64,000 nucleotides of DNA, taken from NCBI GenBank assembly GCA_964489065.1, contig CAZAXH010000004.1:82553-146552 (forward strand). The letters run 5' to 3'. This stretch comes from an uncultured Planctomycetales bacterium. Lineage in GTDB: Bacteria; Omnitrophota; Gorgyraeia; Zapsychrales; JANLHA01. Below the pieces are notes generated by a model, which was not told the DNA's origin, searched no databases, and was given only the letters and a program-made list of their open reading frames with translations. A program made the position numbers and the translations under genes. This document shows, piece by piece, positions 38,622 through 48,453 of this stretch; within the stretch, counting starts at the first letter, position 1; each line of letters begins with the position of its first letter.

Positions 38622-39287
38622 TTATCCATGTGCCAACAGGCTTGTCAGCTGCACGACGACCAGTTCCAACGCATAATCCGGATATAAACGGCTACGTTTA
38701 ATATTTAAATCCGCGGCCTGCAGGAACTGTAGCCCCTCCCTATAACGGGCCGGGGATAACCTGTCCTTGATTTCACGCCAAAACCATACCAGCGCCCCCA
38801 TAATCTGCAGAGGCTGATCCCCTTCAATCAATAATTCCGCAAGAATCCTCAGGGCCTCGGCCGTCTGCCTAGCTGATATCGCCTTAGTCATATCAAAAAC
38901 ATTGGGTTTGCCTTTGCTGGAGAAATCAAAAATGTCCGCTTTTTTATGGAATTTTTTAATGAAGAGGTCTGAAGAGGTCAACCGGGCGGCCTCCAAAACC
39001 AAAAACACATGTTCAAAAGGGGCGGCGGCGTAGGCGACCAAGACATCTTTCACCGGCTTGGACAACTGCTGGCAATTCCTGACCATGACCAGCCGCCGGT
39101 CCGCCACAGCCGGCAAAGCCAAAAGGGTTTCTTGCAAAATCCTGGGGGACAACTTGTGGGCGTCTAAACTGTCGTAATCCAACTTCAATGCATCCGATGA
39201 TGTCAGCCATTGCTCCTTTAAAGAAGCCAGCTTCTTTTCCTTAGGATGTGGGTCATCCCCTATAATAATGCTGATCGCTTGGCTCAT
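38622..39287 (-). CDS. holA: DNA polymerase III delta subunit (HolA-like), short form
   Basis: Collinear with E. coli HolA segments (IIIGDDP ~ LLLGNDP; LVMVRNCQQLSK ~ LLIVRGNKLSK; ILAELLIEGDQPLQIMGAL ~ ILQQLRLEGSEPVILLRTL). It lies downstream of lptE, as in the E. coli leuS-lptE-holA arrangement. Confidence 0.5.
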   Translation of the reverse strand: MSQAISIIIGDDPHPKEKKLASLKEQWLTSSDALKLDYDSLDAHKLSPRILQETLLALPAVADRRLVMVRNCQQLSKPVKDVLVAYAAAPFEHVFLVLEAARLTSSDLFIKKFHKKADIFDFSSKGKPNVFDMTKAISARQTAEALRILAELLIEGDQPLQIMGALVWFWREIKDRLSPARYREGLQFLQAADLNIKRSRLYPDYALELVVVQLTSLLAHG

Positions 39288-39331
39288 GGTTCTACCTGAA
39301 GCCGGCCCCGCGCGCAAGGCACGGGCCAGCT

Positions 39332-39868
39332 TCACCAGTTCTCTATCGTCCGCTCAACAACCCGCCGGGCTAAATCAACCGTGGCCTCTTCCAGGGCCGA
39401 GCTTTCCGTCGTGGCCATGGCCCCGGAAACGAAATACGTTGCTTCGCCGGCGAATCCGGACTCTTCCCAGAACACTTCATTCTGCCGGCAGTCTTTCATA
39501 ACCAGATTAACAATCACATGGACCCGGTATTCCTGAACATCATCGTTGTCCGTATACCGAAGGGCGTAACGCTCATAACGGATCAGCTCCCCGCTCAAAA
39601 CCAAATCCGCCTGATCCTTTTCCGCCACCCGGAGATTGCCGTCAAACAAAAAACGGTCAATAATAGCATTACGGACCTTCACTTCCAACAAGGGAAAATA
39701 AATCTGCCGGTCGTCAGAGGCCGTGTAATCGATGTTATTCACGAACGGCTCGACGCAAATTGTTTTTAACCGGGCCGGCAAAGCAGACTGCGTCGTATAG
39801 CCGCATCCGCCCATTCCGGAAAAAACCGCTGCGATAAGCCAGAAACGGAAAAAGAGGGACGCTTTCAT
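39332..39868 (-). CDS. lptE: LPS-assembly lipoprotein LptE-like
   Basis: Lipoprotein signal with GCGY lipobox; ~160-aa mature domain with LptE-like pattern (...DLVLSGELIRYERY...). Its stop overlaps the holA start by 4 bp. Confidence 0.55.
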   Translation of the reverse strand: MKASLFFRFWLIAAVFSGMGGCGYTTQSALPARLKTICVEPFVNNIDYTASDDRQIYFPLLEVKVRNAIIDRFLFDGNLRVAEKDQADLVLSGELIRYERYALRYTDNDDVQEYRVHVIVNLVMKDCRQNEVFWEESGFAGEATYFVSGAMATTESSALEEATVDLARRVVERTIENW

Positions 39869-40836
39869 GGCTGGCCGAGCTCATTAAGAGCCCTGATTTT
39901 ATTCAGGGCCTGGGAAGCCCACGGGGTATCCTTATAACTCTCGACAATTTTACTATAATAAATTTCCGCGGCCCGGTATTCTTTTCTCTTTTCGTAAAAT
40001 TCCGCAATCAGGAAATTTTGCTGGGCCTCTTTATTCTTTAAATCCTTAATCTGCTGTTGGGCTTCCTCGGAAAATGCCGTGTCAGGGGTCTCTTTTAAAA
40101 CCTCCTCCAACTCCTGAATGGCGACCTGGGTGACCTTCTGCTCATAAGGCGCAGCTGAAGACCGTCTCGCGTCCGCTAAAGCGATCTGATACCTGGCTTT
40201 TTTCGCCCACTCACTTTCCGGATAATCATTGAGGGTCTTCTCAAATTCATCTCTGGCCTCCGGCAAAAGGCCTTCTTCCTGCAAATACAGGGCGATATTA
40301 TACTGAGACGGAGCGGCATAGGGTCCGTAAGGAGAATTCTTGATGACAGTCCGGAAAATTTCCACCACCAAAGCTTCCGTTCCCATGCCTCCGCCTTGGA
40401 AAAAACGTTTTCTTCCTTTTCCTTCCAGCAATTTCATGCCCAGATCATACTGGCGCTGAATAATTTCGCCGAAACGTTCGGAAAAAGGGTATTGGTCCAC
40501 CACCGTTTGATAATTTTTAAAGGCTTTTGAATAATTACCCTCTTCTTCCTCTATAACCCCCAAATAAAACTGCGCCTCCGCCGCTTCCCGGGCACGGGGA
40601 TAATATTTTATAACTTTCTTGAATTCGGTCACAGCTTTCTCAAGTTCCTTCGCCCGGTACAGTTCAAGAGAAAACGCAAGCTGTTCAGCCGGTGTTCCCT
40701 TCACCGCCAATTTAGGATTTTCCCATTTGTTCGTCTGCGGGGTCCACACCCACAAGGCTTCGGAAGGAACCGGGAAAGACAGTCCGGTTAAAATGATAAG
40801 CGCGTAAAAAAGAAATTTTTTTGTCATGGTTTTCAT
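39865..40836 (-). CDS. TPR-repeat outer-membrane lipoprotein, BamD/YbgF-like
   Basis: Signal peptide followed by several TPR-like helices (KYYPRAREAAEAQFYLGVIE..., ...DYPESEWAKKARYQIA...). Its stop overlaps the lptE start by 4 bp. Confidence 0.45.
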   Translation of the reverse strand: MKTMTKKFLFYALIILTGLSFPVPSEALWVWTPQTNKWENPKLAVKGTPAEQLAFSLELYRAKELEKAVTEFKKVIKYYPRAREAAEAQFYLGVIEEEEGNYSKAFKNYQTVVDQYPFSERFGEIIQRQYDLGMKLLEGKGRKRFFQGGGMGTEALVVEIFRTVIKNSPYGPYAAPSQYNIALYLQEEGLLPEARDEFEKTLNDYPESEWAKKARYQIALADARRSSAAPYEQKVTQVAIQELEEVLKETPDTAFSEEAQQQIKDLKNKEAQQNFLIAEFYEKRKEYRAAEIYYSKIVESYKDTPWASQALNKIRALNELGQP

Positions 40837-41187
40837 AGTATAAATTTAAATACTGCGCCAATTTATCACAGGATACTATTTTTGTCAATCGTCCCCGCCC
40901 TCTAAATCAGGCCCTAATTTTTTTATTTTAATATTGTTAGTATAAATCGTCTATCTTTAATACCCCAAAAACTCATCAACGGGACACGGCCCCTGGCCTG
41001 GGACTCCGGGAAAAATTAAATGGCGGTTAGGAAATAAGACGCTGGGCAGTCTTGCGGCAGGGCAAGAACCCAGCTCGCATAAATTAGTCAAGCCCGGAGT
41101 CCTTCCGAAAAACACAAAGGAAGCAAAACCCGGCAAGCATCAAAATCCCAGCCCAGGATAATATCAGGGAAAACCAGCCGCCGAGAG

Positions 41188-42759
41188 TCATGGCGCTCCC
41201 TCCGTTATTTGTCTTTTCCTTCGCCAGGCGACCCGCACCATGACGGCAATCATGGAAAAAATCAAAAACAACCCCACCCGGGTCGCCAAAATATAACCTT
41301 TATTCTCTGGAGCCACCTCTTCCATAAAAATAACCGGAAGCCATTTCTGGAAAAACCACGTCCCGAGAATAATCAGTAAAAAAACCGGGGTCACATATTT
41401 GATAATAAATTTATAAACCCGGGGGATCCGCATCTCCGCCCCCATATGGATCTCGTCCCAGGCGGCCTCCATACCCAAGACCCAGCTAAATAATATGGCT
41501 TCAATCGTCGCGAAAAGAACCAGAAAAAACGTGCCGCCCCAGAAATCCAACTCGTCCACAACTCCTCTCCCTAAGAACAGCACCGCTGGCTGGCATAATA
41601 TAAACGTCGCGGCAGCAAAGATGGCCACGGCTTTCTTCTTGGAAAGGTTAAATTCATCCTCCATAAAAGCGATAACCGGCTGCGCCAACGAAACCGAAGA
41701 GGTGATCCCCGCGATAAACAGCAGCAAAAACCAAAGAAAACTCAAGAAATCCGCTAACGGCAGGCGCTGCAAAATAAGCGGCATGGTGACATAGCTTAAG
41801 TTAAAAACTCCGGAGTCCGCTACAGCGCGAATCTCCATGGGCCCGAAAAAGACAAAGGCGGCAGGCACGACAATGCTGCCGCCTATAATGATCTCCGCGA
41901 TCTCGTTCATGCTGGCCGCCGTAAGGCCGGATAAAACAACGTCATCCGTCTTGGACAAATAACTCGCGTAGGTCAGGATAACCCCGATGCCGACACTCAA
42001 AGTAAACAAAATCTGCCCGGCCGCTTCCAACCAGACCTGGGCGGATTTAAGCGCGCTTAAATCCGGATTCCACAGAAACCCGAAGCCGTTTAAGACATTC
42101 CAGTCCGGCCGGCCGGGATCAGGGGCCCCCAAAGTCATCACCCGGATCATAAGCGCAAAGCCGCATAAAAATAGCGCAGGCATGGCCAACTTGCAGAGCC
42201 GTTCAATCCCGCCTTTAATTCCGTGATAAATAACAAAAATGTTCAAAATAAACGTAATGAAAAAAAACGTGTACGCCGGGGCAAGGCTTGAAAAAAACTG
42301 GTTTGTCGTCAATCCCTGGAAGGCATGGAGGAATCCCCTCATCTGGGTCTGATCGGTGACTTGGCTTAGCTTACCCGTCAGAGAAAAAAAACTGTACGCC
42401 AGAGACCACGACTCGATATAAAGATAATACATAAAAATAACGAGCGGGCCGAAAATGCCGATCACTCCGAAATACTTTATGAAGCGGTTTTTCCTGGCAA
42501 TGCTATGAAAGATACCCGGAGCCGTCCCATGCCCAAACCCGCCTCCAAACCGGCCTAATGTCCATTCGATCCACATCAGAGGAATCCCGATCAGAAGCAG
42601 AGAAACAAAATAGGGAATCATGAAAGCCCCACCGCCGTTCGCCACGGCTTTGGCCGGGAAACGCAGAAAATTCCCCAAGCCAACCGCCGAACCGGCGACC
42701 GCCAGAATAATGCCTATTTTAGAAGACCAGGTTTCTCTCTGTGGTTTTGGACCAGGCAT
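41188..42759 (-). CDS. sodium-dependent transporter, NSS (SNF) family
   Basis: AVAGSAVGLGNFLRFPAKA is the GxGNxWRFP NSS signature; 12 TM helices. The start is trimmed to MPGPKP (42759) because a consensus promoter (TTGACT-17-TATAAT, 42839-42867) lies inside the longer track ORF. Confidence 0.8.
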   Translation of the reverse strand: MPGPKPQRETWSSKIGIILAVAGSAVGLGNFLRFPAKAVANGGGAFMIPYFVSLLLIGIPLMWIEWTLGRFGGGFGHGTAPGIFHSIARKNRFIKYFGVIGIFGPLVIFMYYLYIESWSLAYSFFSLTGKLSQVTDQTQMRGFLHAFQGLTTNQFFSSLAPAYTFFFITFILNIFVIYHGIKGGIERLCKLAMPALFLCGFALMIRVMTLGAPDPGRPDWNVLNGFGFLWNPDLSALKSAQVWLEAAGQILFTLSVGIGVILTYASYLSKTDDVVLSGLTAASMNEIAEIIIGGSIVVPAAFVFFGPMEIRAVADSGVFNLSYVTMPLILQRLPLADFLSFLWFLLLFIAGITSSVSLAQPVIAFMEDEFNLSKKKAVAIFAAATFILCQPAVLFLGRGVVDELDFWGGTFFLVLFATIEAILFSWVLGMEAAWDEIHMGAEMRIPRVYKFIIKYVTPVFLLIILGTWFFQKWLPVIFMEEVAPENKGYILATRVGLFLIFSMIAVMVRVAWRRKRQITEGAP

Positions 42760-42838
42760 ACAGGAAATCCACAATCCTTGTTGGACCCCATTCAGAGGGC
42801 GGTTTTCAAAAGACGGAAACAGTAGTACAACTGGGAAG

Positions 42839-42867
42839 ATTATAAAACAACCCTTCCCTCCAGTCAA
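42839..42867 (-). promoter_or_regulatory. consensus sigma70-type promoter for the NSS transporter (TTGACT-17 nt-TATAAT)
   Basis: The minus strand reads ggcTTGACTggagggaagggttgtttTATAATcttccc. It lies about 70 nt upstream of the ATG at 42759 and is part of the promoter-proximal module of repeat copy D. Confidence 0.5.
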
Positions 42868-42914
42868 GCCAAACACCGGCCATTTGGCAGCGAAATTTTC
42901 TCAACCGCCGCTTC

Positions 42915-43052
42915 CTATAGGAGACCCCGCGCCCATAGGCATGGTTCCGAGGAACCATTCGCTTTGCGAGATGATCTATCTTTCTTAACATCCATGCAAA
43001 CATCCCCAACGCAGAAGACCACGGGCACGCCCGTGGTCTTCTGCGAAAACAG
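42915..43052 (+). repeat. intergenic element family, copy D (perfect 17-bp inverted repeat)
   Basis: ctataggagaccccgcgcccataggcatggttccgaggaacc is followed by attcgctttgcgagatgatctatctttcttaacatccatgcaaacatcccc. The hairpin is aacgcagaagaccacgggc-ac-gcccgtggtcttctgcg and the tail is aaaacagataagcagg. Confidence 0.7.
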
Positions 43053-43088
43053 ATAAGCAGGTCTTCCCGTCCTATCAGCTGCCCCGTG

Positions 43089-45188
43089 TTAAAACAACGA
43101 GACATTCATGACGAATGACGCGAAAACAATTGCAACAATCGACATGAGCTTAATAAGGACATTTAAACTCGGGCCTGAAGTATCCTTGAACGGATCGCCC
43201 ACCGTGTCTCCCACAACAGCGGCTTTATGCGCCTGAGACCCCTTGCCTCCATGATTGCCTTCTTCAATATATTTCTTGGCGTTATCCCAGGAGCCCCCGG
43301 CATTCGCCATCATAACCGCAAGCACAAAACCAGTCACCGTGGCGCCGGCCAACAACCCCATTTCCGCTTCCATCCCGATAAGAACGCCGGTTAAAACAGG
43401 CGCGACAATGGCCAGCAGCGAAGGAAGAATCATTTCTTTTTGCGCGGCGGCCGTGGCAATCGTGACACAGCGGGCATAATCGGGTTTGGCCTTCCCGTCC
43501 ATCAGACCGACGATTTCCTTAAATTGACGGCGCACTTCAACGACAATCATGCCGGCGGCCCGGCCCACGGCGCGCATCGTCATGGCACAGAACAAAAACG
43601 GCAGCATGCCTCCTATAAACAAACCGACGAGAAGATTGGGATTCAGCAGGCTGAGATTCATCGTTTTTCCCAATAAAACAACCTGGCTGTTAAAGGCCGC
43701 AATCAAGCCCAAGGCGGTTAACGCCGCGGACCCGATGGCAAAACCTTTTCCGGTGGCCGCGGTCGTGTTGCCGAGAGAATCCAGAGCATCGGTTCTTTTC
43801 CTGACTTCCGGCGGCAGGCCGGCCATTTCAGCGTTTCCTCCGGCATTGTCCGCCACCGGCCCATAAGCGTCCGTCGCCAGCGTGATCCCTAACGTGGACA
43901 GCATCCCGACGCCGGCAATAGCGATACCGTAAAGACCGGAATTAAAATTCGTGGCCCCGCCGGACAGAAAATAGCTGGCCAGGATCGCGACCCCGACAAC
44001 GAGAACCGGGAGCGCCGTGGACATCATCCCCACGGACAGGCCCGCGATGATGACCGTGGCCGGGCCGGTGAGAGATTGTTCTGCGATATATTTCGTCGGC
44101 TTAAAGTTACTGGACGTGTAATATTCCGTCACGACGCCGATGATGACCCCGGCCAGAAGGCCCGCCAAAACCGACCAATATACGCCCATATGCTCCACGC
44201 CTAAAATCCAACGGACAAGAAAATAAGAGACAAAGGCCATAAGGATCGAACTGCTCCATACGCCTTTTCTCAAGGCAGCCAATAACGCCTGCTGCGTCGC
44301 ATTCTCTTTTGTGCTCACGAAAAACGTGCCGATCACCGAGGCGATGATGCCCACGGCCGCCATGATCATGGGGACCATGACCCCGGCCACGCCTAACCCG
44401 GCCGCAACACCCAGCGCGCTCGTCGCGACAATAGACCCGACATAAGATTCAAAAAGATCCGCCCCCATCCCGGCGACGTCCCCGACGTTGTCTCCGACAT
44501 TGTCGGCAATAACCGCAGGATTGCGGGGGTCGTCTTCCGGAATCCCGGCCTCGACTTTACCGACCAGGTCAGCGCCGACATCCGCAGCCTTGGTAAAAAT
44601 TCCTCCGCCGACCCGGGCGAACAGGGCCAGGGAACTGGCGCCCATGCTAAAAGTCAGCATCGCCGAAGTGATGGCGGTAATCTTATCCATATTCACCGGA
44701 AGAGGATGGCCGGCATAATACCAATCCAGAAAATAATACCACGCCGTCAGGTGCAGCAGTCCCAGCCCTACCACGGTCAATCCCATGACCGCCCCGCTGG
44801 AAAAAGCCACCCGCAAACCCGAATTCAGGCTCTGCATAGCCGCCGCCGCGGTCCGGTTGGAGGATTGCGTGGCCACCGTCATGCCGATGAACCCTGAAAG
44901 GCCGGAAAAAAATCCGCCGGTTAAAAACGCGAACGGGACAAATATAACGACATATCCCTTAGAAGCCATCCACAACAAGACAACGAACATCACGGCAAAG
45001 AACAGCGACACGCCTAAATACTGGCGCTTGAGATAGGCCCGCGCCCCCAGCCGCACGGCCAAAGCGATCTCTTTCATCTTGTCGTTTCCCTCGTTCTCGC
45101 GCATGATGGAAAAGGCAAGATACAGCGCAAACAGCAACGCCCCGATTGAACAGACGGGTGCCAGAATAAAAAACCCGGAACCACTCAT
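43089..45188 (-). CDS. hppA: membrane-bound proton/sodium-translocating pyrophosphatase
   Basis: 699 aa; motifs [19 protein letters not shown] and [20 protein letters not shown]; about 16 TM helices. Confidence 0.9.
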   Translation of the reverse strand: MSGSGFFILAPVCSIGALLFALYLAFSIMRENEGNDKMKEIALAVRLGARAYLKRQYLGVSLFFAVMFVVLLWMASKGYVVIFVPFAFLTGGFFSGLSGFIGMTVATQSSNRTAAAAMQSLNSGLRVAFSSGAVMGLTVVGLGLLHLTAWYYFLDWYYAGHPLPVNMDKITAITSAMLTFSMGASSLALFARVGGGIFTKAADVGADLVGKVEAGIPEDDPRNPAVIADNVGDNVGDVAGMGADLFESYVGSIVATSALGVAAGLGVAGVMVPMIMAAVGIIASVIGTFFVSTKENATQQALLAALRKGVWSSSILMAFVSYFLVRWILGVEHMGVYWSVLAGLLAGVIIGVVTEYYTSSNFKPTKYIAEQSLTGPATVIIAGLSVGMMSTALPVLVVGVAILASYFLSGGATNFNSGLYGIAIAGVGMLSTLGITLATDAYGPVADNAGGNAEMAGLPPEVRKRTDALDSLGNTTAATGKGFAIGSAALTALGLIAAFNSQVVLLGKTMNLSLLNPNLLVGLFIGGMLPFLFCAMTMRAVGRAAGMIVVEVRRQFKEIVGLMDGKAKPDYARCVTIATAAAQKEMILPSLLAIVAPVLTGVLIGMEAEMGLLAGATVTGFVLAVMMANAGGSWDNAKKYIEEGNHGGKGSQAHKAAVVGDTVGDPFKDTSGPSLNVLIKLMSIVAIVFASFVMNVSLF

Positions 45189-45258
45189 TTTTTCCTACCT
45201 CCTTTTTTTATACCCAAACGCATTGTTAAAAAATTTTCAATAACTCCGACGGATTTTT

Positions 45259-46530
45259 TTATCTCCAAATAATCCAGACAAACATATACGCGGCGGTCAC
45301 AGCCGCGACAGTAAAAGGAAACCCTATTTTAAAAAATTCCTTAAAACTGACGATATGGCCTTCTTTTTTAAGCAGTCCGCAGGCCACGATATTGGCCGAA
45401 GCTCCGATAGGCGTAATGTTGCCGCCCAGACTGGCCCCGATCAGAAGCCCGAAGAGGAACAGCTCCGGGGGTCTATGAAGCTTATCGGCCACAGAAAGGG
45501 CGACGGGCAGCATAGCGGCCAGGAAAGGCACATTATCGATAAAAGCCGACAAAACCACCGATAAAAATACAATGAGCGTGTAACCTAAAAATATCCGGTC
45601 CCCTATCAAATGAGACAAGGAATCAGAAAAAATTTCAATCCACCCCGTTAAGGTCAGGCTGCCGACCAAGATAAAAATTCCCATAAGAAAAAATGTGGTT
45701 TCCCAATCCAGGGACTTTAAGCCCTGGAGGAGCAGGCTCTTATTCACAAATTTTTCCCACGCCAGCGAAACCGCGCCCGCGACCATACAGATCACGCCAG
45801 CGCTGTAAGAAAACCCCCGGTCCAAAAAAGAAGTGCCTGCCAGAATGACAATGGATGCGACTAAAATAAACGTCGGCACCAGGGACTGTATTTTTTCCGG
45901 ATCGATATCAGCCGCTTTTTCCTTATGGCTCTTAAAAAAGAAATACAACACAAAAAAAGACGCGACCGCCCCCAGCTCCACCGCGAAGAAAATGCCTGGT
46001 TTTCCTTTATAAAAGAAGAAATCCGCAAAAGACATTTTGGCAAAACCGCCTAAAAGCATGCTGGGCGGGTCTCCGATCAGCGTCGCTGCCCCCTGAAGAT
46101 TGCTCGACACGGCGATAGCGATCATCATGTTCATAGGATTTATTTTTAGTTTTTTCGCCAAGGCCAGGGCGACCGGTGCCACGATCAAGACCGTGGCCAC
46201 ATTCTCAACGAAAGCGGATATAAAACTCGTCATAAAGCAAATCGACAAAATAGCCCAGGCCGTGTTTTTTGATTTATCAACAATAACTTCCGCCAGATAA
46301 GCCGGGACGCGGCTCTTCATAAAAACGTCCGCCACGGCAAGCATACCGACAAAAATGCCCATCACATTCCAATTAATGGACAAGAAGGCTTCCCAAGGAG
46401 AAATCGTCCGCAATAAGACCAGCAGGCCGGATCCGATGACCGCGACGGCCGCTCTCCTGTGGCTCAAGAAAGCGAACAGGACATAAGAAACAATAAATAT
46501 AATTAAAGCGGTGGCCTGGGGGTTAAACAT
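45259..46530 (-). CDS. ArsB/NhaD-superfamily permease (ion transporter)
   Basis: 423 aa, about 12 TM helices, repeated halves, IDNVPFLAAMLPV-type motif typical of the ArsB/NhaD/CitMHS fold; subfamily not resolved. Confidence 0.5.
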   Translation of the reverse strand: MFNPQATALIIFIVSYVLFAFLSHRRAAVAVIGSGLLVLLRTISPWEAFLSINWNVMGIFVGMLAVADVFMKSRVPAYLAEVIVDKSKNTAWAILSICFMTSFISAFVENVATVLIVAPVALALAKKLKINPMNMMIAIAVSSNLQGAATLIGDPPSMLLGGFAKMSFADFFFYKGKPGIFFAVELGAVASFFVLYFFFKSHKEKAADIDPEKIQSLVPTFILVASIVILAGTSFLDRGFSYSAGVICMVAGAVSLAWEKFVNKSLLLQGLKSLDWETTFFLMGIFILVGSLTLTGWIEIFSDSLSHLIGDRIFLGYTLIVFLSVVLSAFIDNVPFLAAMLPVALSVADKLHRPPELFLFGLLIGASLGGNITPIGASANIVACGLLKKEGHIVSFKEFFKIGFPFTVAAVTAAYMFVWIIWR

Positions 46531-46649
46531 GACATAACCTTTTTATGGGTGTATTATCCTAAATAAGCCTTTCGGGGAGTTCCGCGAAGGGATGAAATCT
46601 GCGGCTTAGAAAAATTCACACAATGGGTCCTTCGCAAAAATTTTTTTTT

Positions 46650-46677
46650 ATTGTATACTAATTCCGCTAAAATACAA
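46650..46677 (-). promoter_or_regulatory. putative sigma70 promoter upstream of the ArsB/NhaD gene (TTGTAT-16-TACAAT)
   Basis: The minus strand reads cccTTGTATtttagcggaattagtaTACAATaaaa, about 110 nt upstream of the ATG at 46530 and immediately downstream (in gene sense) of repeat copy C. Confidence 0.35.
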
Positions 46678-46699
46678 GGGGAATCTGTAATGACAGAAA

Positions 46700-46876
46700 A
46701 TTTATTCGCTTTCTATGGAGCCCCCCGCTTACGGGCATGTCCCTATCAACAATTCGCTTCGCGGAATGACCTGACTTCTTAACATACACGCGAACATCCC
46801 CGAAGCAAGTCGTTGTTAATCTCTTGCCTTCATCCGCGGGCATGCCCGTGGTCTTCTGCGAAGGCGTATAAAATAC
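46700..46876 (+). repeat. intergenic element family, copy C
   Basis: tatggagccccccgcttacgggcatgtccc is followed by tatcaacaattcgcttcgcggaatgacctgacttcttaacatacacgcgaacatccccgaagc. Then come a degenerate arm, gcgggcatgcccgtggtcttctgcgaaggcgtataaaatacc. Confidence 0.7.
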
Positions 46877-48453
46877 CGGCACACAAAGCCCAGCAACAGA
46901 AGCAGATAATATAAAACGACCCCCCAAAACGGAACCCGGCTCAATTCAATATAGGCCCCGGGAATCCCGGCAAAGAAATCTACGCTCGCCACCATAAAAT
47001 TCAACAAAAGCACAAGGCAATTCGCGAAAGAAAACGCCAAGAACGGGCAAAGGCCCCCCACCAGCAAAAGTCCCAGACCCAAATAGATCATAATGGAAGC
47101 TACCGGAACGATCACGATATTTGCAATCATAACAACCGGTGTTACTAAACGAAAGTAATACGCGATCAACGGCCCCACAAAAACGTAAACCGCCCCAGAA
47201 AGGGCTATGGGCTGCAAAAGATATCTCATCCCAAACGTCTGGAAACAACCCCAACCTCCTGCCACGCCCGGTTTCGCGCCCCGGGCCGTTCCGGACGCGA
47301 TCCCAAACCCCGAAAACGGCTTACGCACGAAATTCAGGACCTCCGGATACAACACATAAATCGCAAGGACACTGATGAAAGACAGCTGGAACCCGACATC
47401 ATAAAGACTCCAAGGGTTGATCAATAAAATAATGAAGGCGGCCAAAGCCAGGCTGTTTAACGGGTCCGGCTCCCGTTCAACAAGCAATCCTATCAGAAAG
47501 ACGACCGCCATAATGGTGGCCCGGACCACCGACGGCTGCCCTCCGGTCAGGACGGCATAAAAAATCAACAGCGCAACGGTGAGCAGATACTGCCCCCGCC
47601 GCGGGATAGGGAACATTTTCAAAAAAAACAATATCCCATATGCGACAATGCCGATATTAAACCCGGATATCGCGATAATATGCGCCACTCCGGAAAATTG
47701 AAAATGGACATACACCTCTTTGGGAATCTCGCTGCGGTCCCCTAACAGAAACGCCTGCATAATGCCGGCCGCTTCTTCCGGCAAACTTCCCTTTAAAATT
47801 CTTCTTAATTGATGTTTGAGGCGAAAGACTCCCTCCAGAAGGACGTGGCCACGGCCTTGTTTCAATTTTTCCAGGCGTCCGGTTTTCTTAACGCTCAGGA
47901 TAAACAAAATGCCTTTGCGGGCGAGATACTCCCGGTAGGAAAAACGTCCACCTCTTGAAAAATTGAAAGGCCGGTGCAATGTCCCTTCCAGGATCAGATA
48001 ATCCCCGTACTGAACAGCTTCCTGCCGAAAAAGGTTCACCAGGACCCGGCCCCTGTTCCCTTCCCAGCCCTGCTTTGATTGAACCCGCTCAAGTTCCAAC
48101 ACAAACACTGTTTTTTCCCGGCCGAAAAAATCACGGTTCTCCGCGTCGGACACCACCACGCCTTCCGCCAGGACGCTGTCCTGGCGGGCCCAGGACGGCA
48201 TACGGCCCACATGGCCGGCGGGAAGTCTCTGACAATTCCTGAAATAAACCGTCCCCCAACACATCACGGCCGACAAAAGCAAAACAGTGGACAGCGTTGC
48301 CGCCCGGGCCCACAGGCTCATGAGCAACAAAAATACAGTAAGAACAAATAAAATCGCTCCCGAAACCTTAAAGCATTGGTCAAAGACAATGCCCAGAATA
48401 AAGCACAGGCAAACCCCTAACAAAGGACGGCGGGAAAAAACGGGGTCCATCAT
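46816..48453 (-). CDS. comEC: DNA internalization-related competence protein ComEC/Rec2 (no C-terminal beta-lactamase-fold domain)
   Basis: DUF4131-like N-terminus plus Competence domain (LLGDRSEIPKEVYVHFQFSGVAHIIAISGFNIGIV...). The last ~16 codons (..RLRRRPRACPRMKARD) are encoded by repeat copy C. Confidence 0.75.
   Translation of the reverse strand: MMDPVFSRRPLLGVCLCFILGIVFDQCFKVSGAILFVLTVFLLLMSLWARAATLSTVLLLSAVMCWGTVYFRNCQRLPAGHVGRMPSWARQDSVLAEGVVVSDAENRDFFGREKTVFVLELERVQSKQGWEGNRGRVLVNLFRQEAVQYGDYLILEGTLHRPFNFSRGGRFSYREYLARKGILFILSVKKTGRLEKLKQGRGHVLLEGVFRLKHQLRRILKGSLPEEAAGIMQAFLLGDRSEIPKEVYVHFQFSGVAHIIAISGFNIGIVAYGILFFLKMFPIPRRGQYLLTVALLIFYAVLTGGQPSVVRATIMAVVFLIGLLVEREPDPLNSLALAAFIILLINPWSLYDVGFQLSFISVLAIYVLYPEVLNFVRKPFSGFGIASGTARGAKPGVAGGWGCFQTFGMRYLLQPIALSGAVYVFVGPLIAYYFRLVTPVVMIANIVIVPVASIMIYLGLGLLLVGGLCPFLAFSFANCLVLLLNFMVASVDFFAGIPGAYIELSRVPFWGVVLYYLLLLLGFVCRYFIRLRRRPRACPRMKARD

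Noticed and set aside
46531-46700. Near-palindromic TTGTATactaattccgctaaaaTACAA that could be a promoter on either strand
   Set aside because: Only the minus-strand reading gives a good -10 (TACAAT) at proper spacing and points at the ArsB/NhaD gene. The plus-strand reading (TACAAG) is weak and would transcribe into the repeat. It was annotated as a minus-strand promoter only, with low confidence.
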